Positions 53,358 to 62,052 of a stretch of 64,000 nt of DNA are shown here, one piece after another. The notes under the pieces are model-generated. The model did not search any database and was not told the origin of the DNA. It saw nothing but the letters and a program-made list of their open reading frames with translations. Source of the DNA: a virus (taxonomy: Duplodnaviria; Caudoviricetes). The DNA is taken from the IMG/VR virus record IMGVR_UViG_3300027804_000001, positions 192,001 to 256,000 of that record. One strand, given 5' to 3'. The translations under genes and the position numbers were made by a program. Every line of letters starts with the position of its first letter. The stretch's first letter is position 1.

Positions 53358-54194
53358 TTAATAGTTCATTATTAGTAATTCGGTCCCTTTAGTTTTCTCT
53401 TTTTTAGTGGATGCTGCTTTACTAAAGTCTTTTTGTTCCCATTTAAATTCTTCTTTAGGGAACCATTCTAATAATTGTGGGAATTCATAATATGATAAAC
53501 CAAACTTCCCTTTGATACTTTTAATACAATTAGCCAGACGAATATGGTCTTCAGAATCAAATTCATGATTTGAATAATAATTTTCAGTTTTCCAATATGG
53601 TGGGTCCATATAGAAATATGTTGTTGGTGAATCATATTTTTCAACCACTTCTTGGAAATCGGAATTTTCTATAAACGTGATTTTATCAAAATGTTCACGG
53701 TATTTTGGATTCTTTAGTTTATCCATAAACACCAAAACTTTACAACGATATTTTCCTTTATAATCCATATATGACGCCTTTTCTGGTTTTGAACCAGAGA
53801 ACACTTGTCCTAAAACATAAACATATTTACATGCGATTTCTAAACTGTTTTCATCGGTTATAATAAGTTTAGGATTAAACAACTCTTGTTGGTAACGATT
53901 AAACATTTCACCATATTCAGGTGGAGTATCAACCACCCCTAGTTGTTGACATGGGTAATGTGACAACGCTTCCCATAAAACGTCATATTGTTTACTCCAT
54001 TTCATTAGATTATAATTTAATCTATTATAATCATTATATACTACGGTTTTTAAATTAGGGAACTTACTAAGATCCATATTAAAAAAAACCCAAAACATAC
54101 CAGAGAATCCTTCTACGTATGTCTCAATATCATTTGGAATTTGTGGAACTATCCATTTACCAATTGTTGCTTTTCCGCCAATATAAGATATCAT
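53358..54194 (-). CDS. D12-class (Dam-like) N6-adenine DNA methyltransferase, orphan
   Basis: SYIGGK, YVEGF.G, VYND and FYMDPPY motifs. No restriction endonuclease is adjacent. Confidence 0.9.
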   Translation of the reverse strand: MISYIGGKATIGKWIVPQIPNDIETYVEGFSGMFWVFFNMDLSKFPNLKTVVYNDYNRLNYNLMKWSKQYDVLWEALSHYPCQQLGVVDTPPEYGEMFNRYQQELFNPKLIITDENSLEIACKYVYVLGQVFSGSKPEKASYMDYKGKYRCKVLVFMDKLKNPKYREHFDKITFIENSDFQEVVEKYDSPTTYFYMDPPYWKTENYYSNHEFDSEDHIRLANCIKSIKGKFGLSYYEFPQLLEWFPKEEFKWEQKDFSKAASTKKEKTKGTELLIMNY

Positions 54195-54268
54195 TATTTA
54201 TCAATAAAGTTTATTAAAATATAACCTTTAAAATTGAAAAAAAGAAATAAAATCCTTATATTTTTATT

Positions 54269-54421
54269 ATGTCATGTACAAAATGTAAACAAAAAAATGA
54301 ATTTAGAGAAGAGATAGAAAAAACAACTGGATTCATAAATAAAGGTGCAATATGGTTTGTTGTTATTTGGTCGATGCTTGCACTATATGGTCTTTATTCT
54401 CTTATTAGTAAATTTTTATGA
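54269..54421 (+). CDS. Small CxxC protein with a C-terminal transmembrane segment (50 aa), not in the ORF track
   Basis: Manual translation gives MSCTKCKQKNEFREEIEKTTGFINKGAIWFVVIWSMLALYGLYSLISKFL*. ATGA overlap with 54418. Confidence 0.7.
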   Translation: MSCTKCKQKNEFREEIEKTTGFINKGAIWFVVIWSMLALYGLYSLISKFL

Positions 54422-55056
54422 AAAATGGTAAGTATTTTATAGTCTTGTTCTGTAATAAGAAAAAAATTAAAATATTATATAAGTGTATGAAAAGAACCAC
54501 TATTACTGAATATTGGCACGAATTTAAGACACAGAAAAAACCAGATTTTGTTAAGATTCAAGGTGGTAAAAGAAATCAAGAACAAATCTTTGAATTAGCT
54601 TTAATTTTTCCCAATACAAGGTGGTCGACCAACCCTTGGGTTAAAGATAGTTTAGGTAGAAATATAGAAGCCAAAATAGAAGATGATAAATTTCGTATCA
54701 AAGAGATTATACCCTATTGGAAAGAAGAACTGATTTATGATTTTCAAACCAAGAAAAGAATTAGGTTTCATGAAATGATGGAAAAAATATATCTCGTTAG
54801 TGAAATTGCACAAATATTCACATTAAATAATAAACTATTTGTACAGGTTGAAAATGATGTTTGGTTGTACGGAAACAAAAATTTAAACGATGCAGAAAGA
54901 CTGTTTGAATTGGTAAGGGAAAATTTAACAAAAAAGAAAAGAGGTAATTTTATCTTTGTTAAAGATATTACCACACACCAAAGAAAACAACTATATAATT
55001 TACTTGAGTCTAAGGGATTTAAAAGAAGGGAATTGTTTAGACATTATTCGTACTAA
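54418..55056 (+). CDS. Hypothetical basic protein (212 aa)
   Basis: Long Lys-rich ORF and the only substantial plus-strand gene. Confidence 0.75.
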   Translation: MKNGKYFIVLFCNKKKIKILYKCMKRTTITEYWHEFKTQKKPDFVKIQGGKRNQEQIFELALIFPNTRWSTNPWVKDSLGRNIEAKIEDDKFRIKEIIPYWKEELIYDFQTKKRIRFHEMMEKIYLVSEIAQIFTLNNKLFVQVENDVWLYGNKNLNDAERLFELVRENLTKKKRGNFIFVKDITTHQRKQLYNLLESKGFKRRELFRHYSY

Positions 55057-55270
55057 AAACTATATCAACGTTACCAATTGTGATTGTAAATCTATCTTTT
55101 GGTTTATCACTTTTTCTGTTATACTTTTTTTCAATGTACTCGAAAATATTATCAAATTCATTTTTTGAAACTTCAAAAACTAATGTATTTGATTTTATAT
55201 TTGCATTAACTTTTTCAATTAAATCCGATATTATTGCTAGTTGGTTTAGTAAATCACCTTTTTTTTCCAT
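55037..55270 (-). CDS. Hypothetical protein (77 aa)
   Basis: Tiles in the minus-strand run. Confidence 0.6.
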   Translation of the reverse strand: MEKKGDLLNQLAIISDLIEKVNANIKSNTLVFEVSKNEFDNIFEYIEKKYNRKSDKPKDRFTITIGNVDIVFSTNNV

Positions 55271-55457
55271 ATCCTAATATCATAAGTATTTTACTTACTA
55301 TAGATATTTTCTTTTTAGGTTTTTGGATAAACATTTTAGATTTATCCCAATTTTTTATTTCATCAATCATCAGATTCTTGTGATTCTGAATCTCCGTCTT
55401 GTCCTTCTCCATCTCCCTGTTCAACCAATCCGATGCTTGTTGTATCCTCTTGTCCAT
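55254..55457 (-). CDS. Hypothetical protein (67 aa)
   Basis: Fills the gap between neighbours but overlaps the upstream gene by 95 nt. Confidence 0.55.
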   Translation of the reverse strand: MDKRIQQASDWLNREMEKDKTEIQNHKNLMIDEIKNWDKSKMFIQKPKKKISIVSKILMILGYGKKR

Positions 55458-55818
55458 CTTTGTTCAATAGGTTTATATCTTTCAATTTATCTAAACTTTG
55501 ATTTTTAAATAACTCTTCAAGTTCTTTTACTTTTTGTTGGAATAATTTTTGTTTCTCTTCTTCCTCTTTGTTTAATTTTATAATTTCAGAAGCACATGCA
55601 AATACCACATCATAACCATTTTGTGTTGCACCACCAATTAATGAAACCAATGTGAATTTATCATTCTTGTCTTGGATTTTTACTTTTATTGTACGGTATG
55701 GTTTTACGATATCTTCATACAACCAAGTCAATGGTAATTTAATATCTAAACTTACATTATTTTCAATTTCTCTTAAAGAGAAAAAATATGGTTTCAATGA
55801 CTTTATTACTTCAAACAC
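55363..55818 (-). CDS. Hypothetical protein (151 aa, C-terminal coiled coil)
   Basis: GTG start 4 nt downstream of the upstream stop. Confidence 0.65.
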   Translation of the reverse strand: MFEVIKSLKPYFFSLREIENNVSLDIKLPLTWLYEDIVKPYRTIKVKIQDKNDKFTLVSLIGGATQNGYDVVFACASEIIKLNKEEEEKQKLFQQKVKELEELFKNQSLDKLKDINLLNKDGQEDTTSIGLVEQGDGEGQDGDSESQESDD

Positions 55819-55822
55819 AAAT

Positions 55823-56002
55823 TCAAATTAAAATATAGGTTATTATATACGAAACGGCAAAATACAAAAAGATTTTTTCCGTCTCTTTCAGTTTTAATTG
55901 TTCAGGATTTTCTCTTGTTAATTCATAAACGAATTGAAAAATAAATCTTAAAACAAATACGATACTAAGAACAAAAATGAAAAGTTTAATTTCGTTAATC
56001 AT
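55823..56002 (-). CDS. Small two-transmembrane protein (59 aa, holin-like topology), not in the ORF track
   Basis: Manual translation gives MINEIKLFIFVLSIVFVLRFIFQFVYELTRENPEQLKLKETEKIFLYFAVSYIITYILI*. Confidence 0.65.
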   Translation of the reverse strand: MINEIKLFIFVLSIVFVLRFIFQFVYELTRENPEQLKLKETEKIFLYFAVSYIITYILI

Positions 56003-56174
56003 GTTTTTTTGTTTCTTCTAAAATTTCTTTACGATAAATCGCAATTAGGAGTTTAATTTCTTGAGCATATTTTCTTGCTCGTATTGATGCACTTCGATTT
56101 CCCTTCTCGTAAACTTTCTGGGTGTCTACTGACATCTTCTCAACCAACTCCTTAATTTTTCTTAAGGTTTCCAT
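55995..56174 (-). CDS. Histone H1-like (Hc1 family, Bacteroidota type) nucleoid-associated protein (59 aa), not in the ORF track
   Basis: Manual translation gives METLRKIKELVEKMSVDTQKVYEKGNRSASIRARKYAQEIKLLIAIYRKEILEETKKHD*. It matches the Hc1 core K.YEKGN.aA..RARK..QE.K...RKE. Confidence 0.75.
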   Translation of the reverse strand: METLRKIKELVEKMSVDTQKVYEKGNRSASIRARKYAQEIKLLIAIYRKEILEETKKHD

Positions 56175-56212
56175 ATTATTTCGGTTTTTAATACTAATAT
56201 ATGGAAAAATAT

Positions 56213-56668
56213 CTACTTTTTCAAGTTTTGATCTAACAATTTGTAAATTTCGGTTAACATGTCTAATTCAGGCCTGGATTTCTTATGTTGAAATGTGAAT
56301 AACTTGTTGAAATATTCTTTAATTTTGGGTGTTCCTCCCTCCAAATTGATGATATAAAATGCTTCAATATAGAAGTTAAAAAAATATTCCTTATGTCTTC
56401 CTGATTCTTTAAATACTATTCTTTCTTTTGAGAAGTTTTCAATGGTTTTATTCCAACACCATGTAAAATGACCCATCTGGTCTTTTTCATATTCAAAAAC
56501 ATCGGGTCCTAAATAAGTGTTCTCTATTAACTCATGTAATGAAATGAGAAAGTCGTGAAAAAGTTCAATTTTCTCACGACTTATATTGTAAGCCCTATAC
56601 CAAACATCAATTTGATTTTTGTAACTCTCAGATGAGATAAACTCTAAATAACTCTCTTTATTTTCCAT
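56213..56668 (-). CDS. Hypothetical protein (151 aa)
   Basis: Long ORF with an upstream TATATT motif. Confidence 0.65.
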   Translation of the reverse strand: MENKESYLEFISSESYKNQIDVWYRAYNISREKIELFHDFLISLHELIENTYLGPDVFEYEKDQMGHFTWCWNKTIENFSKERIVFKESGRHKEYFFNFYIEAFYIINLEGGTPKIKEYFNKLFTFQHKKSRPELDMLTEIYKLLDQNLKK

Positions 56669-56717
56669 ACCCTATTATTGTTATAATATAAGGATAAAAG
56701 AAAAGAAAAAGAAAAAA

Positions 56718-59219
56718 TTACTGAGTTTTCTCGTTATAAGATGCCATTTTTTTGATCTTTTCGATTTCTTCTTTCAATACTGTAGAAGTTTTCTCTTCAG
56801 ATTCGTTGACATTTTTTGTTGGTTGAGTATCCTTGTTATACATTGGAGCCTCTTCTTCTTTTTTCTCTTTTCTTTCAGCCTTTTTTGCTAATTTTTTACC
56901 TAAATCACTTTTTACTACATTTGCAGCATCTTGTGAATTACCCATTTTAGTACTACCTTCTAAAGCATCTCTTAATCTTTCAGTAAACTTTTTAGAAGGT
57001 ACATGGTCGTAATCCAAATTTAATAACGTTCCACCTCTGTTATCATCAACATATTCATCCTCCTCATCATCATTCTGTCTTGCAACTTTTGTTCCACTAT
57101 TATTTTGATGAGGAAAATCTGGATTATCACCACCAGGAATTGTTGTAGCCGCTTTTATTTTATCACCCACTTCTTTAGCATTTGCCTCATTATCTTTTTT
57201 AGATTGTGCTTGTGCCGCCCTAGTAACTGTTTGACCAGGTACCGATTCAGCAACAATCTTCTTTATCATTTCAGTCATTTGTGATTCTGTTAAACGTATT
57301 ACCCTTTTCTTTTTAGTGGATTCTTTCATCATACCACACTCACTACACATACCTTCTTCATTCAACATTGAACCACATTCATTACAAGTACCCATACCTT
57401 CTTCTTTCATATCTCTTAGTTTTTTGAAATCGTCGGCATCTATTTCACCATTTTTATTGGTGTCTATTTTATCTTGGTTACCTGTTAATTCTTCTTCCAT
57501 TGATGAATCACCACATTCTTTACATTCTTCCTCGTCCCACTCTCCTATGGCCTCATCTTCTTCTAATTGTTTCCAACATTCTTCAACGTCATGTGTTTTT
57601 CCACCATGTTTAAATGTTTTTTCACCTTTTTGTTTAGCCTTTAATACTGCATGTGCGAAGGAATTACCTTCCATTGGTTCTTGGTTTTCCATATTTTGAT
57701 TTTCTTTTTCTTCTAATTCTTGACCCATCTGATCCATTTTTTCAATCATATCAGAATATGATTCGTATGTTTCGGGTTCTATTATAAGTTCACCTTTATG
57801 TTTTTCTTGATATTTTGGAAGTGCTTCTTCAGCTTCTTCTTTTGAGTTAAATGTTTCAACAGGTTCACCATCTACTTTTATATGGAAAACTTGTTTTTTA
57901 GACTCTTCAGACTCAGAAATTATAGTTTTTCTGACTTCTTCAGATGCCACACTCTCAATCAAATTATTTAAATCAGATAAGTTCATGTCTATAAATATCT
58001 TATTTATCTCATTTAATACGATTTTTTCCATTTCTTTATATGGAATTCCGTATTTATCTGAGATTTCTTTAATATCGTTCTCAATTTCAAGTAATTCTAT
58101 TGCATTTATATCACCTTGATTACAATATGGGAACTTTTTACACTTTTCTTTTATTTTAATAAAAATACCTTTAGGTCCACCCCATTTAGGAAATTTTTTA
58201 TCTTTTACCGCTCTACTTTTTTTAACACTGTCAGGACCATTAATTTTCAAAGGATTTTTACCACCATCACCAAAAGGTACATCATATTGACCAGATGAAG
58301 ACGCGTCTGTAACCTCATTAATTTCTTCTTTATCTGAATTGTATTTCTTAAAATTCTTTGGTTTATATAAGTCTTTTTTCTTTATTACGTTACTAAACGC
58401 AGGTCCTTCAAATGAACCAGATGCATCTGCACCCATAGATTCTTTAGTTTCCATTTTCTTTAATTTGCTGTAATAACTTGGGTCTTCCCATAAATGATCT
58501 AATGCAATCTCTCTTGCTTTATCTTTATTATCGGTATGTTCCATCTCCACCTCAAGTCCCATTTCAAGTTGTTTTTTCAAAGATGATACCATATTAGTAA
58601 TATGATAATAACCTTTACTATCATGTTTCTTTGCAATTTGTATTAGGGATTTATTATCCGCTAAACCACCCTTTAATTCTTCAGATTCGTTTGTTTTCTT
58701 TTTTCTCCCTTGACAATGTGCTCTTTGACTAAACCCTTTAGGGTTATTACAGTCTATTGAACGTTTATATTTTTCTGACCATTTTTCGTTTAATTCAGAA
58801 TCCACATTAATATTTGCGATGAATACTTTAGGATTCACTCCCATGGCAGCGGCGGTACAAAGTCTTGTATTACCCGCAACTAAAATATACCTTTCACCCA
58901 ATTTAACAATTAAAGGTCTACTATAGTCACCTTTCTCAATTGAAATCTTTAATTTTTTTGGGTTTGTTTTTTTATATTTCTTTGCAATATTCATAACCGA
59001 ATCCCAATCACCTTTCTCAATTTCATTTGACTCGGTATTCTCTAAGTTAATCCAAACATCATTACTTAATGTTTGTTCTTCTGATTCTTGAAATGCTTTA
59101 ACTAAATCATCAACCGAAACGTCAATATCCTCATCACGTTTTAAATCTTGTGACAATCTTTGAAGTTCATCCATTTCGCCTTCAATATTCGGTCTTATAT
59201 GATTTTCTTTATTTAACAT
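56718..59219 (-). CDS. Multi-module acidic protein (833 aa), putative internal head/scaffold polyprotein
   Basis: ParB-like N-terminus (PLIV...LVAGNTRL), KWS.KYK.SIDC..PKGFSQ.AHC module, DUF5661-like GLEVEMEH..ALDHL.EDP.YY, three CxxCG, EF-hand-like DTNKNGEID and IRLTES. Confidence 0.7.
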   Translation of the reverse strand: MLNKENHIRPNIEGEMDELQRLSQDLKRDEDIDVSVDDLVKAFQESEEQTLSNDVWINLENTESNEIEKGDWDSVMNIAKKYKKTNPKKLKISIEKGDYSRPLIVKLGERYILVAGNTRLCTAAAMGVNPKVFIANINVDSELNEKWSEKYKRSIDCNNPKGFSQRAHCQGRKKKTNESEELKGGLADNKSLIQIAKKHDSKGYYHITNMVSSLKKQLEMGLEVEMEHTDNKDKAREIALDHLWEDPSYYSKLKKMETKESMGADASGSFEGPAFSNVIKKKDLYKPKNFKKYNSDKEEINEVTDASSSGQYDVPFGDGGKNPLKINGPDSVKKSRAVKDKKFPKWGGPKGIFIKIKEKCKKFPYCNQGDINAIELLEIENDIKEISDKYGIPYKEMEKIVLNEINKIFIDMNLSDLNNLIESVASEEVRKTIISESEESKKQVFHIKVDGEPVETFNSKEEAEEALPKYQEKHKGELIIEPETYESYSDMIEKMDQMGQELEEKENQNMENQEPMEGNSFAHAVLKAKQKGEKTFKHGGKTHDVEECWKQLEEDEAIGEWDEEECKECGDSSMEEELTGNQDKIDTNKNGEIDADDFKKLRDMKEEGMGTCNECGSMLNEEGMCSECGMMKESTKKKRVIRLTESQMTEMIKKIVAESVPGQTVTRAAQAQSKKDNEANAKEVGDKIKAATTIPGGDNPDFPHQNNSGTKVARQNDDEEDEYVDDNRGGTLLNLDYDHVPSKKFTERLRDALEGSTKMGNSQDAANVVKSDLGKKLAKKAERKEKKEEEAPMYNKDTQPTKNVNESEEKTSTVLKEEIEKIKKMASYNEKTQ
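57990..57997 (-). promoter_or_regulatory. Intragenic TATTTATA motif 4 nt upstream of the in-frame Met412
   Basis: Sense AAGATATTTATAGACATG. Confidence 0.5.
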
Positions 59220-59448
59220 TTTTTAATGATGTTTCCCAAAACGATTTTCTTTGCCATAATGTCTTGAATAGTTCAACCACCACTTTGGTAGATAAATCGA
59301 TAACTTTATCATTAATATCTCTAGTACCCATTTCTTTCTTAACCATGTCAATAACAACCTTATGGGCTTGTGTTGAGTCCATAAAGTTCTTAATTTCCTT
59401 TTTAGTTATTCTTTCTATTTCTTGTTTATCTTGACTAGTTAGGGCCAT
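59209..59448 (-). CDS. Hypothetical protein (79 aa)
   Basis: Tiles with its neighbours. Confidence 0.65.
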   Translation of the reverse strand: MALTSQDKQEIERITKKEIKNFMDSTQAHKVVIDMVKKEMGTRDINDKVIDLSTKVVVELFKTLWQRKSFWETSLKNVK

Positions 59449-59951
59449 TAGTTATTATTTCTTTCTCTTATTATTGGGTTCACCGCATCCTCAAATGCTA
59501 AATGAAATTTAATTAATTTTTGAATCGTATTTAAAGTTTCGTCCTCAACTTTTAACATATCTGCATTTATATAAAATCCAGATTCTTCTCCTGATATCAA
59601 TACAAAATTAATATCAACATCGGGAATCGACCCATCTAATCTAATTTGGTTCATGTTTATTGTGAAACCAGGTTCTAAATTAGCAAGTTGTGATACCTGT
59701 TCTCTGAAGGAATCAACCAATCCAGATAACGTGTTTTTCTGATTATCGGTTAATTTCATATCCTGATTGTCAGAAGACAACATTTTAACATCAACATCGT
59801 TAATAACGTCGATATTATCGTCTATTTTATCTGTTTGAGGTAATTCCTCTTCTTTTAGGATTTTAGTGTTTCTTGTTGACTCTGTGAGATTCCTCATAAT
59901 GTTTAACATCTTTTTGGTCTCATCGTATCCTATATTTTTTCTATTTGTCAT
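59448..59951 (-). CDS. Hypothetical protein (167 aa)
   Basis: Tiles with its neighbours. A TATTTATA motif lies at 59994-60001, inside the upstream gene. Confidence 0.65.
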   Translation of the reverse strand: MTNRKNIGYDETKKMLNIMRNLTESTRNTKILKEEELPQTDKIDDNIDVINDVDVKMLSSDNQDMKLTDNQKNTLSGLVDSFREQVSQLANLEPGFTINMNQIRLDGSIPDVDINFVLISGEESGFYINADMLKVEDETLNTIQKLIKFHLAFEDAVNPIIRERNNN

Positions 59952-60546
59952 GATTAAATAATATTCTAAAATTGAATGATGGGTTTATATCTGTATAAAT
60001 ATTTGAAAAGTTCGATTTACATACAATACCGTTAAATTTGGAGATATTTTCCAAATAACCTTGTGATGGGACGTGTTGTTTGAATATTTCGTGTTTTTCA
60101 CACAACATATCACATAGTTCTGAAACCTTCTCTATTTGTATTTCGTTATATTTGTCCCAATAGTAGTAGTTCCTCCAATTTTTTATAAAAGGTTCGGATC
60201 TATATGGGTCTCCAACCCAATTTGTATATATACCATTTATTGTATTTTTATTTAACCAACCGAGATTTTCAATTGCAATCTTAATCTGTTTTTTATCTAC
60301 CTTGGGTTCATTGAATGTGACGGAACTATGGTTGGTATCAAAAATTTGAAAAACCATACCTAACTTATTTACAATAAAATGTGGGATATCTTCGTAATTT
60401 CCGTTCTTACGATATTTTAATTTTTGAACAAAATCATCTACCCTTCTTTGAGTGTCATAAAGTAAAATTTGAGTTTTTTTACTTTTCCTTCTGGTGATGT
60501 TTAATTTGTCCTTATCTAATACGTCTACGTCTTGAATTACCAACAT
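59941..60546 (-). CDS. N-acetylmuramoyl-L-alanine amidase (Amidase_2)-fold protein with apparently degenerate Zn ligands
   Basis: QILLYDT, HFIV..LG.V.Q, IAIENLGWL, Y...QIE.V.ELC..L and DINPSF follow the amidase layout. Confidence 0.7.
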   Translation of the reverse strand: MLVIQDVDVLDKDKLNITRRKSKKTQILLYDTQRRVDDFVQKLKYRKNGNYEDIPHFIVNKLGMVFQIFDTNHSSVTFNEPKVDKKQIKIAIENLGWLNKNTINGIYTNWVGDPYRSEPFIKNWRNYYYWDKYNEIQIEKVSELCDMLCEKHEIFKQHVPSQGYLENISKFNGIVCKSNFSNIYTDINPSFNFRILFNHDK

Positions 60547-60811
60547 TTCTAGAAACTATTTTTTTTATTATTGGTTGTTCGGTAGGTGTTGGTGTTGTTG
60601 TAATTTCTTCTTCTGACGGAATGATAGTTTCGTTATTGTCTAAATCATAGATAACATGATTGGGATTTATATCGTCTGATTCCCAATATAATTCATCAGG
60701 TGTTAATGTTGGGGTTGGTACCGCCAAATCTAAGGATGGAAAATCTTCCGTGTCTAAGGGGTTGTTTTCCAACACCTCTAAGGGGTCTTCCTCCGTTAGG
60801 AATTTTTTTTT
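60512..60811 (-). other. -1 frame extension (~97 aa) of 60796..62052, reachable by a frameshift on an A10 run
   Basis: The -1 frame opens with TGA-AAA-AAA-AAA-TTC immediately at the run (60803-60812) and the zero frame closes 2 codons after it. Both sides have the same acidic Pro/Thr-rich composition. Confidence 0.65.
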
Positions 60812-62052
60812 TCAACCTCTTCGTTTGGAACTACTGGGGTTGCGGTTACGTTAGTTTGTAACTCTATTTCTTCTGGTGTTGCAAATGGTTCGGGTACCTG
60901 TTCATCCCAAAATTGTTGTTCCAATTCTTCAGTCCACCCATCTTCTTCATCTTGGAAAATATTCTCTGAAATTGGTTCTATAGTGGAAAAATTTTCATTT
61001 TCTTCCTCTTGTGTTGGTTCTATAGTGGAAAAATTTTCATTTTCTTCCTCTTCGACCATATCAAATTTTCTTTCGGGTTCAGTTTCTTCTTGAATAGGTT
61101 CAAACACGACTTGTTTCAATTCTAACTTTTTTTCTTCAATAGATATCGGTGTATCGTTTATAATTTCTTTATTTATGTTAGGGATTTCGTCATCACCGAT
61201 TAATTCCTCTTCAACTTCTTTATGAGATTGGGGTTGTTCTACTGCTTTAACTTCAACCTCAAAATCATTAATATGAACATGTTTTTCTTTTATTTTTTCA
61301 CTGTATCTTTTAGCGGCCTCTTTTAATTTTTCATTAGGTAATGGAGGATTTAATAAAACCTCTTCTAATATTTTTAAATCTTCTTCACTTAATCTCAATC
61401 TAGATGTTTCACCAACTAAATCACTCGCTTCTATTTTATTTAATTCTTGTTCTTTTTTATAATTTTCAATTGCATTATTAATTAATTCATCATCTATAAT
61501 GTGTTTTTTTCCTTCTTCGATTGATATTTCTTCTTTTTTTCTATCTTCTTCAGTAAACTTAACTAACATGTGAAGGAATGAAAGAGAGATAATTGGTAAC
61601 ATACCTCCCGCGAAAAAGGCTAAAAATCTCTTGTGACCAACAAAATCAGTTGATTCGACACCCATAAAAGAAACTAAGGGTGAGACTAAATCAACCCAAT
61701 CTTTAAATGATTGAGAATTAATATCAATATAAGAGTAGGCAAAAAATATGTTACCTATAAATTGAACGACTGTTACAATTGCAAATGGAAAATAAACTTT
61801 CTTACCCATGTCCGCCGAAATTGCAGCCAATGCGGATAGTGCTGCAATCTCAATACCAATTGATAGGTAAATCGACCAACTTACAGGATTAGAAATTCCA
61901 TACCACTTTGTTACGTGTGATATCGAAACAATTGCCACCGTTATGATTGGTATCAAAAACGCGGCAATGATTAGTGTTTTAAAATTATTGTTTATCCAAT
62001 GTTTCATATTACCACTTAGTGACCTCTTTTTGTAATTTAGATATTTCTTCAT
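60796..62052 (-). CDS. Multi-pass membrane protein with a long acidic C-terminal tail
   Basis: About four hydrophobic segments in the first ~165 aa. Probable start is the Met at 62007 (MKHWINN), directly after the upstream stop. Confidence 0.75.
   Translation of the reverse strand: MKKYLNYKKRSLSGNMKHWINNNFKTLIIAAFLIPIITVAIVSISHVTKWYGISNPVSWSIYLSIGIEIAALSALAAISADMGKKVYFPFAIVTVVQFIGNIFFAYSYIDINSQSFKDWVDLVSPLVSFMGVESTDFVGHKRFLAFFAGGMLPIISLSFLHMLVKFTEEDRKKEEISIEEGKKHIIDDELINNAIENYKKEQELNKIEASDLVGETSRLRLSEEDLKILEEVLLNPPLPNEKLKEAAKRYSEKIKEKHVHINDFEVEVKAVEQPQSHKEVEEELIGDDEIPNINKEIINDTPISIEEKKLELKQVVFEPIQEETEPERKFDMVEEEENENFSTIEPTQEEENENFSTIEPISENIFQDEEDGWTEELEQQFWDEQVPEPFATPEEIELQTNVTATPVVPNEEVEKKNS
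60973..61052 (-). repeat. 38-bp direct repeat with a 42-bp period (EEENENFSTIEP x2)
   Basis: Copies at 60973-61010 and 61015-61052 are identical. Confidence 0.95.
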
